Source of the DNA: Pirellulales bacterium
Lineage (GTDB): Bacteria; Planctomycetota; Planctomycetia; Pirellulales; PALSA-1355
Length of the DNA stretch: 64,000 bases
Direction of reading: 5' to 3'
Assembly: GCA_963733035.1 (NCBI GenBank)
Contig: CAVTBU010000005.1
Coordinates: forward strand, 1,440,001 to 1,504,000
Shown: positions 62,201 through 64,000 of the stretch, piece by piece
Numbering within the stretch: position 1 is the stretch's first letter
Layout: every line of letters starts with the position of its first letter
Position numbers and translations under genes: made by a program
Notes under the pieces: generated by a model
What the model was told of the DNA's origin: nothing
Seen by the model: the letters and a program-made list of their open reading frames with translations, nothing else
The model's database searches: none

Positions 62201-64000
62201 ACCAACCTCTTCAACTGAATCGATCGGCGCCCGTACGATGCCGATCAGGCGACCGGCTGTCAGGTCCCAGGTACGCACGAAACCATCTTTTGAAAACGTC
62301 GTCGCAGAGTTGCCCTGGGAATTGACCGTCATGGCGCGAAACAAGGCCGCCACTCCAAGAGGTAATTGCGAGCCGGCCGGTCGTCTTGCAGAATCCCAGA
62401 GTCTTACGACACGATCGGCCCCGGCGGTAGCCAGCGTGCGCCCGTCCGGCGACCAGGCGACCGACCACACTCTCCCAATATGTCCCAAAAGCCTCTCTGG
62501 GGGGCCCTGTCGGCCAAGTGACCAGAGCTTGACGATGCCAGCCTTGTCGCAAGACACCAGTCGGTTATCGAAGGGAGAAAACGCGAGGCATTGAATCTTC
62601 TCAAGATGATCGTGACGGAACCTGTGCTTGCCAGACAAACCTTTGACATCCCAGTCCCTAACTTCAATCCAGTCGCTCTTTCCTGCATAGGCGAGCCAGG
62701 GAAAGTCATGCGAAAAGGCTACAGCCAGCACATGGAAACCCGGACTCTTTGCTCCGGGCAGTTCCTGCCAATCGCTCACGCGCCAGCAGTGCACGGCGCC
62801 GGCGTCATCGCCCGATACGAGCAACGACCCATCGGGCGAGAAACTTACGGCTTGCACGAAGTCGGCAGGGCTCTCCAGCACCCGCTCCGGCAACCGCCGT
62901 GCGACATTCCAGACGCGAACGGTCGAATCCCAGCTTCCGCTGGCCAATAGCTTGCCATCGGGCGAGAAGGCTATCGCAGGTATGCCAGCACTGTGACCTT
63001 CAAGAACCCCGACCTGCGCGCCGGTGTCCGTATTCCAGAGACGAATCGTGCAATCTTCACTGGAACTGGCTAGCAGCCGGCCATCGGGCGAAAAGGCGAC
63101 TCGCATGACCTCGTCGGTGTGCCCTCGCAGCACGTGCAAGGCATTTCCCGAAACGGCATTCCAGATTCGGGCGGTGCCATCCTTGCTGGCCGTGGCCAAC
63201 CGTCGACCATCGGCCGAATATACGACGCAAAACACCTCGTCGTCGTGACCCTCAAGCGACAGCGCCTCCTGATGGCTTAATCCTTGGAGATAGTGCCAGG
63301 CAAAGCTGCGGAGATCCTCTTGTCCATTCTTGGGTATGTGCCGCTGGAGGTACTCGAGCATCTGCGGTACGTTGTCCGCCTGGTAAGCGCCTTGGGCCAA
63401 CCCCACGTCGGCTGCATACAGTAAACGTCGGCTTGCTTCGGCCTCACGTTGGGCGACCTCGCGTGCCCGATCAGCGCGCGTAACCTCACTGCTGAGCCGT
63501 GCGCTGTAGGCAACGACAACTCCGAACAGCGTGGCGGCGGCGACCACGACAACGGTCCATAGCGCCGCGATCGCTGGGCGGCGACGAGCCCATTTCCATG
63601 CGCGCTCCGCTGCAACCAGCGGTCGTGCCTCGGTGACCTGGCCGGCTAAGAACCGCCCCAAATCGTCTGACAAATCCTGCGCGGTGACATAGCGCGCGTC
63701 GCGCTCTTTTGCCAAACATTTCAGGCAAATCGCCTCCAAATCGCGAGGAATGTCGTGACGGATGCGACGTGGTGCCACAGGATCATCAAACAACACATGT
63801 CGCAGTGCTTCGATGTCAGACGCGCTCTCAAAAACACGCCTACCGGTGAGAATCTCGTACAACATCGCCCCCAAGGCATACACGTCGGCGCGGGCATCGA
63901 CGTCGCGGACTCGGCCTTGTGCCTGTTCAGGCGCCATGTATGCCGGCGTGCCGACGAGCGCGCCGCTGCGAGTTTCGTCTCCCTCTCGCTCCAACAACTT
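59267..64000 (-). CDS. Ser/Thr protein kinase - TM - WD40 repeats - FG-GAP/VCBS repeats - C-terminal repeat domain; 5'-partial
   Basis: GTPAYMAPEQ, DVYALGAMLYEILTG, DLEAICLKCL; TM after WARRRP; GH...V.FSPDG..LAT.S.D.T.R.W repeats; ADFDGDGDLDV repeats; frame stays open to the window edge. Confidence 0.93.
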   Translation of the reverse strand, partial: KLLEREGDETRSGALVGTPAYMAPEQAQGRVRDVDARADVYALGAMLYEILTGRRVFESASDIEALRHVLFDDPVAPRRIRHDIPRDLEAICLKCLAKERDARYVTAQDLSDDLGRFLAGQVTEARPLVAAERAWKWARRRPAIAALWTVVVVAAATLFGVVVAYSARLSSEVTRADRAREVAQREAEASRRLLYAADVGLAQGAYQADNVPQMLEYLQRHIPKNGQEDLRSFAWHYLQGLSHQEALSLEGHDDEVFCVVYSADGRRLATASKDGTARIWNAVSGNALHVLRGHTDEVMRVAFSPDGRLLASSSEDCTIRLWNTDTGAQVGVLEGHSAGIPAIAFSPDGKLLASGSWDSTVRVWNVARRLPERVLESPADFVQAVSFSPDGSLLVSGDDAGAVHCWRVSDWQELPGAKSPGFHVLAVAFSHDFPWLAYAGKSDWIEVRDWDVKGLSGKHRFRHDHLEKIQCLAFSPFDNRLVSCDKAGIVKLWSLGRQGPPERLLGHIGRVWSVAWSPDGRTLATAGADRVVRLWDSARRPAGSQLPLGVAALFRAMTVNSQGNSATTFSKDGFVRTWDLTAGRLIGIVRAPIDSVEEVGLAPDGMHAAVASKQELAIWNYATGKVLLRQANPWACQGELVWSSDSQHVALRIDEGHVAIIDRQVGRVTRLVKVGSAPLRMTFSPDGQRLAIRTDQVRLHDVRTGELKHSLGDAFDATFSSDGKSIACCKLGETTLWDVATGKVVRSLVPQQTELYTLKFSSRGRILATAPQFSQSNSVLITLFDVQNGQPLLQLECEDCCEIIDFTFTGNDDQLLALGQDSQGMGRIWRWSLPRDASRSTVLKDIADTAWAPLLAAEERIPLQRQSDLLIKFEMAADAIGTCDPIRVRCVPPAPISAFDQDGPTGSVVSSPLPSSAILHPIPAFGASRTIASGTREPRRLAVADFDGDGDLDVAAMSRSEGRLHMLTNDGSGTEFHDRAATVDRCSNILAADLNGSGLPGVVCSADSQAWWLTFDSSGAPQERRTLSKLRDVDGMAAADLDGDGDLDLVCGAVANASIVVLENLGAGRLGDPQSIGRFTGGDICLTTADLDADGDIDILSGSSGDDTVAWYANQGHGRFSVPRVVTTHASRVMAVVAADLDGDTDPDVLYAGDESAVWFANDGKGSFTLANTVATKLVRATDVDVVDLDVDGDLDVLLCDHEGDRVTCFVNDGRGRFNQTVHPVDGHAPGCECVEAFDVNGDGRPDAIIAARDKNAVIWRANEGLRFDVELEQKTKTGWQQLWRSSSVLPIMRSFTAGRRHGDRLVDSVTLRFEDLEGRPLSAAEVNARVNEIAIYRDENCDAAIDPQVDQLVATASALTVRNGAITVPLLPDHARQQDQLSDASSRNRQGSPTTCQLIRAVNDWATVHGYAGGYPTFVRVQRDSQRHYQAVVFKAASAKLVEIPSTLLASPIGTPRSDYDLEQHLFADVAGRICRWARVRGYGGAIFGARVADGGSAGLAYQALLLKVPDMPQISWNFEDLDQPESLEQLFRNVHNRARQEGHLSGFPTFAQNFDCVMVSSTAGELVEIPADELR

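Overview
High-GC bacterial DNA with a Planctomycetota (Pirellulales-like) gene set: a LEPR-XLL secreted protein, a DUF1549/DUF1553-DUF1501 pair, several Tat-exported Gfo/Idh/MocA oxidoreductases, a sulfatase, an RDD-SpoIIM-DUF4129-DUF4350-MoxR-DUF58 operon, NfeD-flotillin, four PEP-CTERM proteins, planctomycete-type ECF sigma factors and a Ser/Thr kinase-WD40 receptor. Two accessory regions stand out. (1) About 8.4-13.9 kb, next to tRNA-Arg(CCT): a Clp-N/UVR gene, an IS transposase stub, a 5'-truncated group II intron, and a toxin-immunity pair. The toxin has a PD-(D/E)XK (Tox-REase-2-like) C-terminus, no recognisable secretion domain, a phage-type 'WNEADHPR..G..GGEW' motif, and a long terminator hairpin just ahead of its start codon. 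(2) From 51.2 kb to the window end, starting at a duplicated 3' half of tRNA-Gly(CCC) that looks like an att site: small hypotheticals, structured intergenic RNAs, PilZ, an ECF sigma plus a partial copy, two PEP-CTERM genes, and a kinase-TM-WD40-FG-GAP protein with an unfamiliar triple C-terminal repeat. Nine frameshifts all fall on GCGC, and eight are repaired by re-inserting one 'GC'. This is most likely a systematic long-read error, so these genes should not be called pseudogenes. All family assignments come from motif recognition by eye; no database searches were run.
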